From a bacterium (GTDB lineage: Bacteria > Zhuqueibacterota > Zhuqueibacteria > Residuimicrobiales > Krinioviventaceae), in assembly GCA_963693055.1 (NCBI GenBank), contig OY843751.1, positions 4,864,001 through 4,928,000 of the forward strand: a stretch of 64,000 nucleotides of DNA, read 5' to 3'. This document shows, one piece after another, positions 61,964 through 64,000 of this stretch. A program made the translations under genes and the position numbers. Numbering within the stretch: position 1 is the first letter of the stretch; each line of letters begins with the position of its first letter. The notes under the pieces are model-generated. The model was not told the origin of the DNA and did no database searches. It saw nothing but the letters and a program-made list of their open reading frames with translations.

Positions 61964-62613
61964 CTGACAGCTATCAGTATCTAATTTTCAGTAGTCAGTC
62001 TTCAGTGATCAGAAAAAATCAATGCCTGCACCCTGATCACAACACAGATGTCTGTATCGCGGAATATTATACTGAGACATCCGCCCCTAAAGATTCTCCC
62101 CCTATTCCTGAAACAATCAACAAACCCCATCTGTGTTTCATCCGTGTCGATCCGTGGCTAAATCTTATACCCATGACGGAGAACACTATCGTTTATCTCC
62201 GTCACGATCTAATTTATTCAGTGATCAGAAAAAATCGACGCCTGCACCCTGATCGTGACACAGATGTCAGTATCACGGAACATTATACAGAGACAGTTAT
62301 CCTGTCCATCTGTCGTCGGACAATCCTCAAGTGTGATCTACAAGTTTATTCATTTTTTGTAGAACGAAATTTATTTCGTTTGTACGCCCAAAGTATACTT
62401 GAATTCTATCAAATCCTGATCGCGACACAGATGTCTGTATCGCGGAATATTATCCAGTAACATTTATCCCGAAAAATTATCTCCCCAATTCTTAAAACAA
62501 TCAACAAATCCGATCCGTAGCAAAATCTCAACACACATGACGGGAAACACTATCGTTTATCTCCGTCACGATCTAAATCTTTACTGATCACTGACAACTG
62601 ATAGCTGATAACT
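61962..62613. repeat. Composite REP/MITE-like repeat element
   Basis: Three GATC-hairpin copies (62032-62070, 62248-62286, 62415-62453), two inverted copies of the 43.2-kb hairpin family (62174-62209, 62538-62573), one GTAG-AACGAAAT-TT-ATTTCGTT palindrome (62359-62380), imperfect terminal inverted repeats. Confidence 0.75.
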
Positions 62614-62689
62614 GCTTCCCCATCACTACCTTTGCCATATCCAACAGCCAGTTGTCATCAAAGATCCGGAGCAGAACGCTCAAACTATC

Positions 62690-63508
62690 CTACGGCAAAT
62701 CCCCAAATCCGTAAAACTCCAATCCTATCTTTACAGCATGTTTCAAAATCGCTTCCAAAGCATCGGGTGTGATATAATTTTTCGGCCCCTCGGTATCATT
62801 TTCACGTATATCATGCGCGTACAAAACCAGAATCTCGCTGTTCTGTTTCGCACGGTCCATAGCAGCAAAAGCCTGCTTTAATATCTCATCCTCCAGCGAA
62901 TGCGGATGACAACTCGCGCCCGGCAAGGTCATTTTAGCATGCACACTGTCAATGGGAGTGTATAAAAGCGCATTGTCTTTCATCTCTACACCGGACCGTG
63001 AACCGCCCCCGCGCATATAATCAAAATACGCAAACAACGCTGTGTCCGTCACAGTATTCCGATTGGAATTGGGATATGCAAAACACATGGGCTCAAAACC
63101 TTGCTGTTTCATGGCATCCAAAGCAGGCTCTATCTCTTGCGCCAGATATTTCTCCGCCGAATGTTCTTTGATAAACTCGGCGGCTTTTCGGTGCCGCAGA
63201 CCATGACAGCCAATGGTATGACCCTTTCCACGTAAATGCTTTAACGACGCAACCTGTTCAGGCGTCAACTGGTCAAACCGGTCCACAAAAAATGTGCATC
63301 TGGCCCCATATTTTTCAAACAAGGGGATGTGCTTTTCCCAATTGATCATATTCCGGTCATCAAATGTCATCAACACACCGGGAGCATCCAGAGCTATATC
63401 TGCCGAATATAAAGGTAAACAGCTTTTCAAAACCATAACAAACACAACACATGCAGTAAAACAAAGTGTCTTTGCGCCAAACAAATTATAATCACGCATT
63501 CTCATCAC
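62690..63508 (-). CDS. Polysaccharide deacetylase family protein
   Basis: LMTFDD, TFFV, IGCHGLRH, FAYPN, VLYAH. Confidence 0.85.
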   Translation of the reverse strand: MMRMRDYNLFGAKTLCFTACVVFVMVLKSCLPLYSADIALDAPGVLMTFDDRNMINWEKHIPLFEKYGARCTFFVDRFDQLTPEQVASLKHLRGKGHTIGCHGLRHRKAAEFIKEHSAEKYLAQEIEPALDAMKQQGFEPMCFAYPNSNRNTVTDTALFAYFDYMRGGGSRSGVEMKDNALLYTPIDSVHAKMTLPGASCHPHSLEDEILKQAFAAMDRAKQNSEILVLYAHDIRENDTEGPKNYITPDALEAILKHAVKIGLEFYGFGDLP

Positions 63509-64000
63509 TCAATTCTTCCCGGATAAACTTGATTACCTGGGGGTCCGTCCATTGATATCCCATGCGTGCCCAATAATTATAGCCCTCTTCTTTACTACCT
63601 GCAACTATAAGAGCCATATCATAAAAATATCTTTTTGAATGATTTTTCTTGACCAGTTCCTTGGCAGTAAAAGGAGAGTATTGCCTGGCTGTCTTTAATG
63701 CAGTCCGTGCGTTATCTAATTGTTGTAAACGGAAATATGCTAAAACTTTACCATATATAATATCAACCAGTGTATCATCTGGATAATTTTTGCACAATTG
63801 AACAATCTTCTTATAATTCCCCAAGGCAAGATAACATTCTATTAACGCAGACCTTACGCCTTGATTATCATTTGGATTATATTCAATAATTTTTTCAAAT
63901 ACCTCAATTGCATCTCTCCAATTTTGGCAATATAATAAAGTTAATCCTAATCCAAAATACGCCCGTAAAAAGGGCCTGTTATCGGGATACAACCAATCAA
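63492..64000 (-). CDS. TPR-containing hypothetical protein, C-terminal part; begins beyond window edge
   Basis: Frame open to the edge (DWLYPDNRPFLRA...NPNDNQGVR), TPR-like helices. Confidence 0.7.
   Translation of the reverse strand, partial: DWLYPDNRPFLRAYFGLGLTLLYCQNWRDAIEVFEKIIEYNPNDNQGVRSALIECYLALGNYKKIVQLCKNYPDDTLVDIIYGKVLAYFRLQQLDNARTALKTARQYSPFTAKELVKKNHSKRYFYDMALIVAGSKEEGYNYWARMGYQWTDPQVIKFIREELSDENA

Noticed and set aside
62005-62460. 151-aa ORF on the plus strand
   Set aside because: Translation of the repeat element (internal peptide repeats mirror the DNA repeats); no protein family motifs.
61962-62613. CRISPR array
   Set aside because: Repeats are degenerate, of mixed families and orientations, with long irregular spacing and repeated spacer segments; no cas genes.

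Overview
Bacterial chromosomal window, mostly housekeeping genes, from a diderm (LPS heptosyltransferase, beta-barrel proteins). The gene content is loosely suggestive of an FCB-group/KSB1-like lineage, which is inference only. The left 38 kb is on the minus strand: MoxR/DUF58/BatD, clpB, dnaK, degP, dnaJ-class, grpE, fadD, DUF362/4Fe-4S, tRNA-Leu, secG-tpiA-gap-fba, comF, purQL, a TonB-like receptor, an ECF S component and an antiporter. The right 20 kb is mostly on the plus strand: MFS, PTPS-folE-SDR, SpoIVB-like protease, nrnA, histidine kinase, polyprenyl synthase, waaF, rsfS, argS and ecfA. At the strand switch (about 38.6-42.9 kb) sits an AT-rich cassette: ThsB-like TIR, then a SLOG-patatin phospholipase fusion, then TIR-TPR. 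This is the best candidate for an uncharacterised system, a Thoeris-like TIR signalling defence with a phospholipase effector, and an Ivy-like gene lies next to it. Other notable signals are sigma54 promoters plus a shared 18-bp upstream motif at dnaK and grpE, a probable tetrahydrobiopterin operon, a sigma54-type promoter followed by a terminated hairpin, and two clusters of GATC-anchored REP-like hairpins. All calls come from reading motifs by eye; no database searches were run.
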